NCBI GenBank assembly: GCA_035650735.1
Contig: DASRGZ010000164.1
Location: 1-43,633, forward strand
Reading direction: 5' to 3'
Length of the DNA stretch: 43,633 nt
DNA from: Chthonomonadaceae bacterium
Lineage (GTDB): Bacteria; Armatimonadota; Chthonomonadetes; Chthonomonadales; Chthonomonadaceae
The translations under genes were made by a program, and so were the position numbers. Below the pieces are notes generated by a model. That model had not been told where the DNA came from and did no database searches. It was given only the letters and a program-made list of their open reading frames with translations. The number at the start of each line of letters is the position of its first letter. The first letter of the stretch is position 1. Below, in pieces: positions 17,974 to 26,736 of the stretch.

Positions 17974-18806
17974 AACAGGCTGCCCTGCGTTTCCGGCGGG
18001 GTTTCGGTCACGGGCAGGCCGAGCAACGCCTTAAAGCGGTTGCAGGTGGCGGGGGAGTGGCCTTCGTAGTCGTCGTTGCAGAAGACGTAGGCGGCGGTGA
18101 AGCGGTCCTGGTTCTGGCGCAGCAGGTCCGCCCAGCGTTGCAGGTCGGGCAGGCGGTCAGCTTGCCGCTCGCGGTGCTGCGCGAACGCACCGTGCCGTCC
18201 GATCAGGCGCAGGTAAACAAAGTCGGCGGTCACCTCGAATCGTCGAGGCATGTAGGCGTAGTCGGCGCAGGCCAGCGCGACGTGATGTTCGGCCAGCAGC
18301 GCGGAGACATCCGGGCCGATGAGAGAGCGGTGCCGGAACTCGATAGCGAAGCGGGCCGAGGCGTCGCCCAGGGTGTGCAGCGTCGGGAGAAAGGCTTGCA
18401 GCGCGCCGATCTCGTCGCGGGTAAAATCGGGCGGCATCTGTAGCAGCATCGGGCCGCGCTTCGGCCCTAACTGGCCCATCACGCGCACGAACTCGGCCAG
18501 CGGCTCCGTCACATTCACCAGGCGTAAGTCGTGGGTGATGAGGCGGGGCACTTTCGGGCAAAAAAGAAAGTTCTCCGGCGTGACCTTGCGCCAGTGCTTG
18601 ACCTGCGTCTCACGCGGCGCCGCATAGAAAGTCGAGTCGATCTCCACGGCATCGAACGCGCGGGCATAGAGGGCGATATAGTCGCGGGAGGAGGCGCTGG
18701 CCGGATAGAAGACGCCCGACCAGTCCGCATAGCTCCAGCCCATCGTTCCCACGCGCACGGGCACAGAGAGCGGCTCGCCTGTAGTAGGGGATGCTTGCGT
18801 CTCCAT
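17970..18806 (-). CDS. DUF72 (YecE-like) protein
   Basis: VGTMGWSY, VEIDSTFY, LQMPP, EFRH and YLRLIGR motifs. Confidence 0.92.
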   Translation of the reverse strand: METQASPTTGEPLSVPVRVGTMGWSYADWSGVFYPASASSRDYIALYARAFDAVEIDSTFYAAPRETQVKHWRKVTPENFLFCPKVPRLITHDLRLVNVTEPLAEFVRVMGQLGPKRGPMLLQMPPDFTRDEIGALQAFLPTLHTLGDASARFAIEFRHRSLIGPDVSALLAEHHVALACADYAYMPRRFEVTADFVYLRLIGRHGAFAQHRERQADRLPDLQRWADLLRQNQDRFTAAYVFCNDDYEGHSPATCNRFKALLGLPVTETPPETQGSLF

Positions 18807-18862
18807 GCGGGTGCTTTCGCCGCAGGAACCCCTATTCCCTGTCTTGGATAGATCGTGTCGGT

Positions 18863-18902
18863 AAAAAACGACCGCCCCCAATCTGGAAATTGGAGGCGGT
18901 CG
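18863..18902 (-). terminator. Intrinsic terminator of the PEP-CTERM gene
   Basis: CGACCGCC.CCAAT/ATTGG.GGCGGTCG stem with a T6 tract on the minus strand. Confidence 0.7.
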
Positions 18903-18951
18903 GCGCTTTTAGAAAGACAGGCGGCGGATGATGGCCGCTGGCCATGGGCGA

Positions 18952-20121
18952 TTAGCGTTTTGCTGCCATACGGCGTCGCCAGCGCAGGCCCACCAGACCG
19001 GTGAGCAGCGCGCCCGCCGCCGCCAGCGCGCCTGGTTCCGGCACGACCAGGATGACATCAAAGCCGGTGACGTTGCCGTTGCCGGAAGCAAAGATCAACC
19101 CGCCGGTGTTATTTATGGCGACCGGGCTGTTGCGCAGGAAGGGCTGGAAGACCGGAATCAGACTGGGATCGCTGCCCAACTCCCAGTACAGGTCTTCGCG
19201 GGGATTGTTCTGGGAATCGAAATAGTGGGCATACCAGACGACCGTTCCGTCATCATTGACCATAGGATCATCCTGGTTCGGATCTTCAAAACTGAAATTT
19301 CTGCCGTTTATGTCGAGATTTTCTGTCAGGTCGGTAGCTCCGTTCGCGTCTGCTTGCCAGATGTCCCAGCGCTGCTTATCGTCGTTGTACTCCGCCCAGA
19401 CGACCTTGGTCGCGCTGTTATTGATGCCGCCGTTGAGCACATTCTGGTCGTCGCGGTTGGTGATCTGGAAGAGAGAGGTGGGGTCATCAATAGATGCGCC
19501 TACAATGTTGGTAATCAGATGCTCGTTGTCTGTGCCCTCGTCGGCCAGTTCGGTCAACTCCCAGGTGAGGAAGCCATTATCGCTGATGCGCGGCTCCTCG
19601 TTGGTGCCGCCGCCGGTGAAATTGACGGCAGTCCCGTGGCTATCGGGCAGGAAATAGATGTCTTCGTTCCCGAGCTCGTCTATCGCGGTCCAGGCGATCT
19701 GGTTGTGGTTGTTAATGACCGGGGTGATCCCTCCGATGTCGCCGCTAATAGTCTGCGGCGAGCCGCCGCCCTGCCATAGTAAGACATTGTCGTCGTTGCT
19801 CCAGACGACCCAGTTATTGTTATTAATGCGTGGGTCCCTCCCCAGGCCCAGAGACGTCACCGAATGTCCATCCCACAGATATACCTGGCGGTCTGAAGGC
19901 GAGCCGCCGTTGCGGGTATCCCAGACAGCCCATCCATTGTCATTGAGCGAGAACGAGAAAATGCGCGAGTTTGAATGCCAGATGGTCTGCTGAAGCAGTT
20001 CCTGCGCGTTGCCCTGCGTTGGGAAGATGCTGACAGCGGCCATGACCGCTAACAGCAGCATCCCTCGTATCAGGCCGCTTCTGTGGAAAATACTGCGGGT
20101 CTTGCCTCGTTCTGTCTGCAT
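18952..20121 (-). CDS. Secreted PEP-CTERM sorting-domain protein with INNxxW repeats
   Basis: Signal peptide; C-terminal VPEPG + TM + RWRRR; acidic, Asn-rich repeats. ATG 20121 has a GGAGG RBS. Confidence 0.9.
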   Translation of the reverse strand: MQTERGKTRSIFHRSGLIRGMLLLAVMAAVSIFPTQGNAQELLQQTIWHSNSRIFSFSLNDNGWAVWDTRNGGSPSDRQVYLWDGHSVTSLGLGRDPRINNNNWVVWSNDDNVLLWQGGGSPQTISGDIGGITPVINNHNQIAWTAIDELGNEDIYFLPDSHGTAVNFTGGGTNEEPRISDNGFLTWELTELADEGTDNEHLITNIVGASIDDPTSLFQITNRDDQNVLNGGINNSATKVVWAEYNDDKQRWDIWQADANGATDLTENLDINGRNFSFEDPNQDDPMVNDDGTVVWYAHYFDSQNNPREDLYWELGSDPSLIPVFQPFLRNSPVAINNTGGLIFASGNGNVTGFDVILVVPEPGALAAAGALLTGLVGLRWRRRMAAKR

Positions 20122-20226
20122 CTTTGTGCCTCCGGGTTCTGAAGTCATTACCTCCGATTCCGTTTTGCGCTGGCTCGACCAGAGCGCACCGAAAGGGTTG
20201 TGTCAGGCCCTCTTAACCGCGTCCCT

Positions 20227-20242
20227 TGCATAAATCGTGCCA
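20227..20242 (-). promoter_or_regulatory. sigma54 -24/-12 promoter of the PEP-CTERM gene
   Basis: TGGCACGATTTATGCA on the minus strand, close to consensus. Confidence 0.75.
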
Positions 20243-20341
20243 GCACTTTTGCCTGCCCCAATTTGGGCAGAAATGGGCAGGAAAGCCCGAAATGGGCGGG
20301 GAAAGAGGGAACGATACCTTGCGATTGGGAAGGAAAAGACA

Positions 20342-21766
20342 GTGAACAATAAACCCCATTTTGGATTGACCGGCCTGGCCGTGATGGGCCAGAACCTGGC
20401 CCGCAACATCGCGCACAAGGGGTTTCCTATCGTCGTCCATAACCGCACGACGGCAAAGACGGAAGCCTTTCTGCGCGATCACGGTGGGGAAGGGCCGATC
20501 TCCGGCGCGACGGATATCGCCTCGTTCGTCCAGGCGCTGGAGCCGCCGCGCGCCATTATGATCATGGTCAAGGCAGGCCCGCCCGTGGATGAGGTGATCG
20601 CCGAGCTAAAGCCGCACCTGAGCCGGGGCGATCTGCTCATTGACGGCGGCAACTCCTATTTTGGCGATACCGCGCGCCGCATCCGCGAGCTAGAAGAGGA
20701 CGGCCTGCTCTTCCTGGGAACCGGCATCTCCGGGGGCGAAGAGGGCGCGCTGCACGGGCCGAGCATCATGCCGGGCGGCCCAAAAGAGGCGTATGATCGC
20801 GTCGCGCCCATCTTTACTAAGATCGCCGCCCAAGTGGACGGCGTGCCCTGCTGCGCCTATATCGGCGAGGGCGGCTCCGGCCACTACGTCAAGATGGTGC
20901 ACAACGGCATCGAGTACGCCGATATGCAGCTTATCGCCGAAGCCTACGACCTGCTCAAGAACGCGGTCGGCCTGGACAACGACGCCCTCGCGCAGGTCTT
21001 TAGCGAGTGGAATCAGGGCGACCTCGACTCGTTCCTGATCCAGATCACGGCGCAGATATTTCAGACGAAAGACCCGGAAACGGGAGATTACCCGGTGGAT
21101 AAGGTCTTAGATAGGGCGGCGCAGAAGGGGACAGGCAAGTGGAGCTCGCAATCGGCGCTTGACCTGGGCGTGCCCGTCACCGCCATCGCGGAGGCCGTCT
21201 TTGCCCGCTTCCTCTCGGCAATGAAAGAGCAGCGGGTGCAGGCGTCGCGCGTGCTGCCCGGTCCAACCGCCCACCTGGAGGGCGACAAAGAGTCCTTCAT
21301 CGGGGCGATACGGGATGCACTCTATGCCTCGAAAGTCGTCGCCTACGCGCAGGGGTTTAACCAGATGCTCGCCGCTGCCGCCGAATACGGCTGGAATTTG
21401 CATCCCGGCGAGATAGCCACCATCTGGCGCGGGGGCTGCATCATTCGCGCCCGCTTCCTCAACCGCATCCGCGAAGCCTACGAGGCCCATCCCGACCTGC
21501 AAAATCTGCTGCTGGCTCCCTACTTCACCGAGGCAGTGCGGAAAGGTCAGGAGGGCTGGCGGCGCGTGGTTATGGAAGCGGTGCGCCTGGGCGTTCCCAT
21601 TCCGGCGTTCGCCTCCTCCCTGGCCTACTATGACGGCTACCGGCGGGAGCGGCTGCCAGCCAATCTCATCCAGGCCCAGCGCGACCTGTTCGGCGCGCAC
21701 ACCTACGAGCGGGTGGACAGGCCCGGCTCCTTCCACTCGCATTGGGGAGCTTCGGAACCTGAGTAA
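20342..21766 (+). CDS. gndA: NADP-dependent 6-phosphogluconate dehydrogenase
   Basis: GLAVMG, NRT, ISGGEEGALHGPSIMPGG, KMVHNGIEY and QAQRDLFGAH motifs. Confidence 0.97.
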   Translation: MNNKPHFGLTGLAVMGQNLARNIAHKGFPIVVHNRTTAKTEAFLRDHGGEGPISGATDIASFVQALEPPRAIMIMVKAGPPVDEVIAELKPHLSRGDLLIDGGNSYFGDTARRIRELEEDGLLFLGTGISGGEEGALHGPSIMPGGPKEAYDRVAPIFTKIAAQVDGVPCCAYIGEGGSGHYVKMVHNGIEYADMQLIAEAYDLLKNAVGLDNDALAQVFSEWNQGDLDSFLIQITAQIFQTKDPETGDYPVDKVLDRAAQKGTGKWSSQSALDLGVPVTAIAEAVFARFLSAMKEQRVQASRVLPGPTAHLEGDKESFIGAIRDALYASKVVAYAQGFNQMLAAAAEYGWNLHPGEIATIWRGGCIIRARFLNRIREAYEAHPDLQNLLLAPYFTEAVRKGQEGWRRVVMEAVRLGVPIPAFASSLAYYDGYRRERLPANLIQAQRDLFGAHTYERVDRPGSFHSHWGASEPE

Positions 21767-21884
21767 AGACAGCATAAGGGCGATGTGAACCAAGCCGGGG
21801 AACCACTTTCTCCCGGTTTTGTCTGTGTGCATGGAGAGCGCTCGGTTTACACAGCCTTCTTCCGGCGTAGTCAGGTGCCATCGG

Positions 21885-21941
21885 TCAGGAGCGCGCGTTC
21901 GGGTCGTCTACGGCGAACCCCTCGCCGATGTAGGACGTCAC
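21885..21941 (-). pseudogene. Internally deleted vapC (PIN toxin) remnant
   Basis: A GTG directly after the antitoxin stop encodes MTSY-IGEGFAVDDPNARS*, resembling fused PIN-toxin termini. Confidence 0.5.
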
Positions 21942-22205
21942 TTATCGCCGCTCCTCGCTGCTCGTTTCCGAGACGGGCTTGCCCTGTACCGGTATTAATC
22001 GGCGATTGGGCGTATCGGCAGCGCGCGGCTGTCGCACCTGCGTGACCAGTCCGGCGACCCGCAGCGCCTGGCGCAGGGCTTCCCGCTTGTGTTCCTCCTC
22101 GGTGGGAGATGCCATCGTATCCAGCACTTCGCGCAGCCGCCGAAGTTCCTCCGCGTCCAGGGTTTTGCTCTCCTCCATGATCCTATCCAGTGCTGCCTTT
22201 GCCAT
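21942..22205 (-). CDS. Putative type II antitoxin (VapB-like)
   Basis: 87 aa; C-terminal GKPVSET..EERR motif typical of antitoxins upstream of PIN toxins; GGGAG RBS. Confidence 0.6.
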   Translation of the reverse strand: MAKAALDRIMEESKTLDAEELRRLREVLDTMASPTEEEHKREALRQALRVAGLVTQVRQPRAADTPNRRLIPVQGKPVSETSSEERR

Positions 22206-22560
22206 ACGAAAACTCCCTTATGAAGAGTGAGGCCAGGGCCGGGTGTCAGCCTACTATCCTCATTCTACCACAGTCTGCCGGGCCGCGTCTTCCCCGACTT
22301 CCTCGTTTGCGGGCGGCCCGGAGACGCAGAAGAGGCCGGGAGGGAGAACCTTCCCGGCCTGTCTATGTGAGGAGTGTCGGCGACCTTGACAATCCAATCG
22401 GATAGTTCTGAGGTAGAAAAACTGCTCCATTAGATAATCCAAGGTCATAAGTCGACTTCTTGTGGCGTCGCCAGGTGTAGCCGAGCAGACTGAGCGTGCC
22501 TTCTCCAAGGCTCAACTCCCCGCTGTATAAGGGGATAACCGGGGAACGGACGGGAGGCGT

Positions 22561-23934
22561 TTAGCGGGCGCCTGCGCTCATCACTTCTTCGGGCGGGTCC
22601 CCGGCAACCATCTCCTGGGTGATCAACAGAGGGCGGGCCTGCTCCCGTAACGCCGGCAAGCGCAGCCCGAACACGAACGCGCCCGCAATGGTGACCACTC
22701 CGCCCAGGGCGACCATGCCCGGCGCTCCTATGCGCTGCGCCAGAACCCCGGCCAGCAGCGCCCCCAGAGGCGCCATGCCCATAAACATCATCGAGTAGAC
22801 CGCCATCACCCGGCCCCGCAGAGCATCCGGCACCATCGCCTGGATCAGCGTATTGGTGGCGGCCATCTGTATCATCATCGTAAAGCCGACCGGCAGCAGC
22901 AAGACCGCCGAGAGCCAGAAGGTGTGGGAGAGGGAAAAGAGGATCAGGCTGACGCCAAATCCCGCCGCCGAGAACAGAACCCACCTCCCCAGGCCGCGCA
23001 CGCCCTGCCGGGCCGCCAGGCTCAACGCCCCCAGTAAAGCGCCGACCCCGGAGGCCCCCATGAGCACGCCCAGCCCGCTGGAGCCGCTATGGAGTATGTT
23101 TTCGGCAAAGATGGGCATGAGCACGGCATAAGGCATTCCGGCCAGGCTGACCAGGCCCAGTAAAAGCAGCAACGCGCGGATCGGTCCGGTCAGCCAGACA
23201 AAGTGGAAACCCTCCCAGATATGGGCCAGCGCGGAACCAACATGGGGATAGCGCTCGAAAGGAGGCAGTTGCATTAACAGGAGACCGATGATGACGGCGA
23301 TGTAGCTGACGGCATTGGCAAAAAAACACCACCCTTCCCCGATGGCGGCCACCAGAATGCCCGCCAGGGCCGGGCCGACGATGCGGGCGCCGTTGACCAT
23401 AGAAGAGTTGAGGGCGATGGCGTTTAACAAATCTTCCTTGCCGACCATCTCGACCACAAAGGCCTGCCGTGTGGGAATATCAAAGGCATTGACCACTCCC
23501 AGCAGCGCCGCCAGCAAAAATATCTGCCAGACCTGGATTAGCCGCAAGAGGGTGAGCGCCGCCAGCACAAAGGCAAGCAGCATAGAGGCGGTCTGCGTGC
23601 CCACCAGGATGCGGCGGCGGTCGTATCTATCCGCCACCGTCCCGCCCAACGGGGAGAGCAAAAAGACGGGGATCTGGGAGGCGAACCCGACCGCCCCCAG
23701 CAGGGCAGCCGAGCCGGTCAGCCGGTAGACCAGCCAGGATTGGGCGACCGATTGCATCCAGGTGCCGATGAGGGAGATGAACTGGCCGCTGAAGAACAAC
23801 TGATAGTTGCGGTGCCGGAGCGCGCGCCAGATCGCGGCGAGTTCGCGCTGCCTGCGGAGCGCGTGCTCGGCAGTCTCTGAGGCTGCCGCCGCTTGCGTAT
23901 CCGTAGCCGATTCAGAACTCGGTTCGTGTCGCAT
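22561..23934 (-). CDS. MFS transporter (MFS_3/EntS-like)
   Basis: GQFISLIGTWMQ, GGTVADRYDRRR and LRGRVMAVY motifs; many TM helices. Confidence 0.92.
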   Translation of the reverse strand: MRHEPSSESATDTQAAAASETAEHALRRQRELAAIWRALRHRNYQLFFSGQFISLIGTWMQSVAQSWLVYRLTGSAALLGAVGFASQIPVFLLSPLGGTVADRYDRRRILVGTQTASMLLAFVLAALTLLRLIQVWQIFLLAALLGVVNAFDIPTRQAFVVEMVGKEDLLNAIALNSSMVNGARIVGPALAGILVAAIGEGWCFFANAVSYIAVIIGLLLMQLPPFERYPHVGSALAHIWEGFHFVWLTGPIRALLLLLGLVSLAGMPYAVLMPIFAENILHSGSSGLGVLMGASGVGALLGALSLAARQGVRGLGRWVLFSAAGFGVSLILFSLSHTFWLSAVLLLPVGFTMMIQMAATNTLIQAMVPDALRGRVMAVYSMMFMGMAPLGALLAGVLAQRIGAPGMVALGGVVTIAGAFVFGLRLPALREQARPLLITQEMVAGDPPEEVMSAGAR

Positions 23935-23972
23935 CCTCGGATTCCTGAAGCCAGGTTTGTGCTCTCCAACGC

Positions 23973-25631
23973 TTAATGGGCCATCTCTGCCGCCGCTGCC
24001 GCAGCCGCTTTCTTGCTGCTGCGCAGCAACAGCACCATCGGCGATACCAGGATTACCGAAAGGCCGATCAGCAGGAAGGCATCGTTATAGGACATTGTCA
24101 TCGCCTGCTGCATAATCAGGTTATGTATGATGGCCAGCGCCGCCTGCTTGGCGGTCGGCAGGTCGTAGCCTTTGGCGGCCAGCCCCTGGGTGATCATTTG
24201 CAGACGCTGGACGAAGGCCGGATTCTCCACATAGGTATGTGCCGCCAGGGCGTTATAGTGCTGAGCTACCTGCTTGGTGATATAGTTACTCAGCACCGCA
24301 ATGCCGAACGAGCCGCCAAGCTGACGCGACAGATTGAGCATACTGGCGCCCTGGGCGATCTCGACCCCCTTGAGGCTGTTGAATGCGGCCAGGTTGATCG
24401 GCGTGAACAGCATTCCCAGGCCCGCTCCCCGCAGTATCAGCGCCATCCGTGTATCCGGCTCGCCGCTCAGCGTCGTCAGGTGGCCCAGGCTCCACATTGC
24501 GTAGATAAACAGGGACATGCCCACGATGATGAGAAGACGTGGATTCACCATCTGCTGTTTCCCATTCAATAGCCGCCCGCAGATAATCGCGCTGACGCCG
24601 GTGGCTATCCCGCCCGGCATGAGCACCAGGCCGGTAACGGTCGGCGTGAAGCCCAGGATGTTCTGCGCGAACAGCGGGAAGATGAACACGCCGCCATACA
24701 GGCCAAAGCCCAGCGCGAGAAACATAATAATGGCGGCGCTCAGGTCCCGGTTCTTCAAGACGCGGAAATTGACGACCGGATGCGTATTGCCGGGCCAGAG
24801 CTCCCAGATTATCAGGGCCACAAGCGCTATGGAAGCGACGACGGTAAGCCAGACGATCGTGGTATCCTGGAACCAGTCCTTCGAGTTCCCTTCCTCCAGG
24901 ACGTACTGCAAGGAGCCCAGCCCGACCGCCAGCAGACAGATCCCCGTCCAGTCCACCTTGACCGTCTCCACCCTATGCTTCGAATCGCTCAAAAAAGCGG
25001 CCACAATCGAGGCCGAGATAAGGCCGATGGGCAGGTTGACAAAAAAGATCCAGGGCCAGGAGTAGTTATCCGTGATCCAGCCGCCCAGCGTCGGCCCCAC
25101 GGTGGGAGCGACAATCACGCCCAGCACGTAGAGGGCCTGCACGGTTCCCTGCTGCTCGCGCGGGAAGATTTCGCGCAGCGTTGCCTGGGCGGTCGAGAGC
25201 AGCGCGGCCCCTCCCGCTCCCTGTAGAATGCGCCAGAACACCAGTTCCGGCAACGTGCGGGACATGCCGCACAGGAGCGAGGCGGCCAGGAACAACAGGA
25301 TCGAGCCTACCAGATAGCGCTTGCGCCCGAAGCGGGAGGAGAGCCAGGCGGTCATGGGCAGGACGATGACGTTGGAGAGGATGTAGCCGGTTGCGACCCA
25401 GCCGATCTCCTCGCGTGTGGCGCCCAGGTTCCCGGCCATCTGCGGCAGGGCGACATTGACAATGGTGGTATCCAGGACTTCCAGGATCGCGGCGGTAATC
25501 AGGCCGATGAGGATAATCCAGCGGTAGGGGTTAAGCTCCTCTCCCGTGTCCAGCAATCGAGGGCCCTGTGCGTTCGTTTGCGCTGCGGCCATTCCCCGCC
25601 GGGGGGCGAGCGCAGGAGTTGCTGCTGCCAT
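23973..25631 (-). CDS. DHA2 (EmrB/QacA) MFS efflux permease
   Basis: LDTTIVNVALP, RFGRKR, GPTLGGWIT and WPWIFFVNLPIG motifs. Confidence 0.93.
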   Translation of the reverse strand: MAAATPALAPRRGMAAAQTNAQGPRLLDTGEELNPYRWIILIGLITAAILEVLDTTIVNVALPQMAGNLGATREEIGWVATGYILSNVIVLPMTAWLSSRFGRKRYLVGSILLFLAASLLCGMSRTLPELVFWRILQGAGGAALLSTAQATLREIFPREQQGTVQALYVLGVIVAPTVGPTLGGWITDNYSWPWIFFVNLPIGLISASIVAAFLSDSKHRVETVKVDWTGICLLAVGLGSLQYVLEEGNSKDWFQDTTIVWLTVVASIALVALIIWELWPGNTHPVVNFRVLKNRDLSAAIIMFLALGFGLYGGVFIFPLFAQNILGFTPTVTGLVLMPGGIATGVSAIICGRLLNGKQQMVNPRLLIIVGMSLFIYAMWSLGHLTTLSGEPDTRMALILRGAGLGMLFTPINLAAFNSLKGVEIAQGASMLNLSRQLGGSFGIAVLSNYITKQVAQHYNALAAHTYVENPAFVQRLQMITQGLAAKGYDLPTAKQAALAIIHNLIMQQAMTMSYNDAFLLIGLSVILVSPMVLLLRSSKKAAAAAAAEMAH

Positions 25632-25633
25632 GC

Positions 25634-26353
25634 TTAACGTCCCTCCTCGCCGGAAATAGATGGAATGTCCGAAGCCGATCCGGTCTCCCTCTGGCCTGGT
25701 AAGCTGGCGGGTTTGCCGGGATGCCCTGGAACGGATGTCCCTGTATCCCGCCGGTGCAGCCCCTCCAGAAGCAGATATATCAGGCCGCGCGCTTTGGCCT
25801 CTATCTCCGCGCGCTCGCCAAGCTGGCGGGTGCTGAGGCTATAGGGCAGGAGGGAGTTGGTGGCCAGCACCAGAAGCGCGGCAGTGCTCAGCGCATTATT
25901 AAAGACGAACTCGCCCAGCGCTGCCCCCTCTTCAAGAACTCGCGCGATAATGCGGGCCTCCTCCGCATGGTTGCGTTCACGGTGCACCAGCAGCGGCGCG
26001 CGCAGGGCGGCCAGCAGATCGTCCAGGCTTTGCGTGTAGGGCTGCGCAAAATCGAACCGAATCAGCACGCGGGCAAGCAGCATCTGCCGCAGCTTGCCGG
26101 TTGGCGTCTCCTCCAGGCCCGCGATCCGTTCCAGTTCTGCCCGGAGACGCCGATTGTTGCGCTCTAGCCAGGAAAGGGCGATCTCCTCCTTGCTCTTAAA
26201 GTAGAGATAGACCGTTCCCCGGCATATCCCGGCCTCCTGGGCGATGTCTTCGACATTGGTCTTCTTATATCCATAACGCTGGAAGAGACGCTGGGCGGCC
26301 TCTAGAATGGTTTCCCGCACCTCTTCGCGTACTCGCAGCGCCGTGTGTGCCAT
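25634..26353 (-). CDS. TetR/AcrR-family regulator
   Basis: ILEAAQRLFQRYGYKKTNVEDIAQEAGICRGTVYLYFKSKEE HTH; GAGGA RBS. Confidence 0.93.
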   Translation of the reverse strand: MAHTALRVREEVRETILEAAQRLFQRYGYKKTNVEDIAQEAGICRGTVYLYFKSKEEIALSWLERNNRRLRAELERIAGLEETPTGKLRQMLLARVLIRFDFAQPYTQSLDDLLAALRAPLLVHRERNHAEEARIIARVLEEGAALGEFVFNNALSTAALLVLATNSLLPYSLSTRQLGERAEIEAKARGLIYLLLEGLHRRDTGTSVPGHPGKPASLPGQRETGSASDIPSISGEEGR

Positions 26354-26372
26354 GCTCAGTTTCCTCAAGACA

Positions 26373-26427
26373 AATTGACAAAATTCGTTTTCTGTTCAAT
26401 TATACCTTAAACCCGGCATATTGTCAA
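26373..26427 (-). promoter_or_regulatory. Perfect-consensus sigma70 promoter with overlapping putative TetR operator
   Basis: TTGACA (26427-26422), 17-nt spacer, TATAAT (26404-26399); imperfect palindrome AATTGACA...TGTTCAATT at 26373-26401. Confidence 0.8.
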
Positions 26428-26540
26428 TTTTCAGTGGGTACGTTCCATCTTTATCTACGCACCCCAAAAGGCGCGCGCTCCAAGAAGGAGGCGGATGCAA
26501 TGGAGAAGGACTACCAATTTTTACCTTTATGCGAAAAACC

Positions 26541-26622
26541 GGTAGACACTCCCAGCCGTGTGGATCAATCTTACGCAGCCTGCTGCCGAGGAGATACGTC
26601 CACACCGTTGGGAGGGATTACC
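26541..26622. mobile_element. 82-bp MITE, copy 2, with 8-bp target-site duplication
   Basis: Flanked by GAAAAACC at 26533-26540 and 26623-26630; TIRs match at 19/24; second copy at 142-223. Confidence 0.88.
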
Positions 26623-26736
26623 GAAAAACCATCCGGTAGCCTTACCATATTTATTTTTTGCGCAGGAGTGGCCGGGACCTATAGCGAACAAACGAATAGG
26701 TGTGCTGGCAGACAGGACAGGGGTGAATGACGGGAG

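Noticed and set aside
24023..24035. 12-nt match of mini-array spacer 2 (CAGCAACAGCAC) within the DHA2 gene
   Set aside because: Too short to distinguish from chance.
142..26622. The two 82-bp copies as attL/attR of a 26-kb island
   Set aside because: The enclosed genes are housekeeping (prkA, gndA), there is no integrase, and copy 2 has its own TSD.
26500..26648. 6S RNA-like rod (outer stem, bubble, inner stem)
   Set aside because: The inner stem is exactly the 82-bp unit bounded by an 8-bp direct repeat and duplicated at 142-223, so a MITE explains it better.
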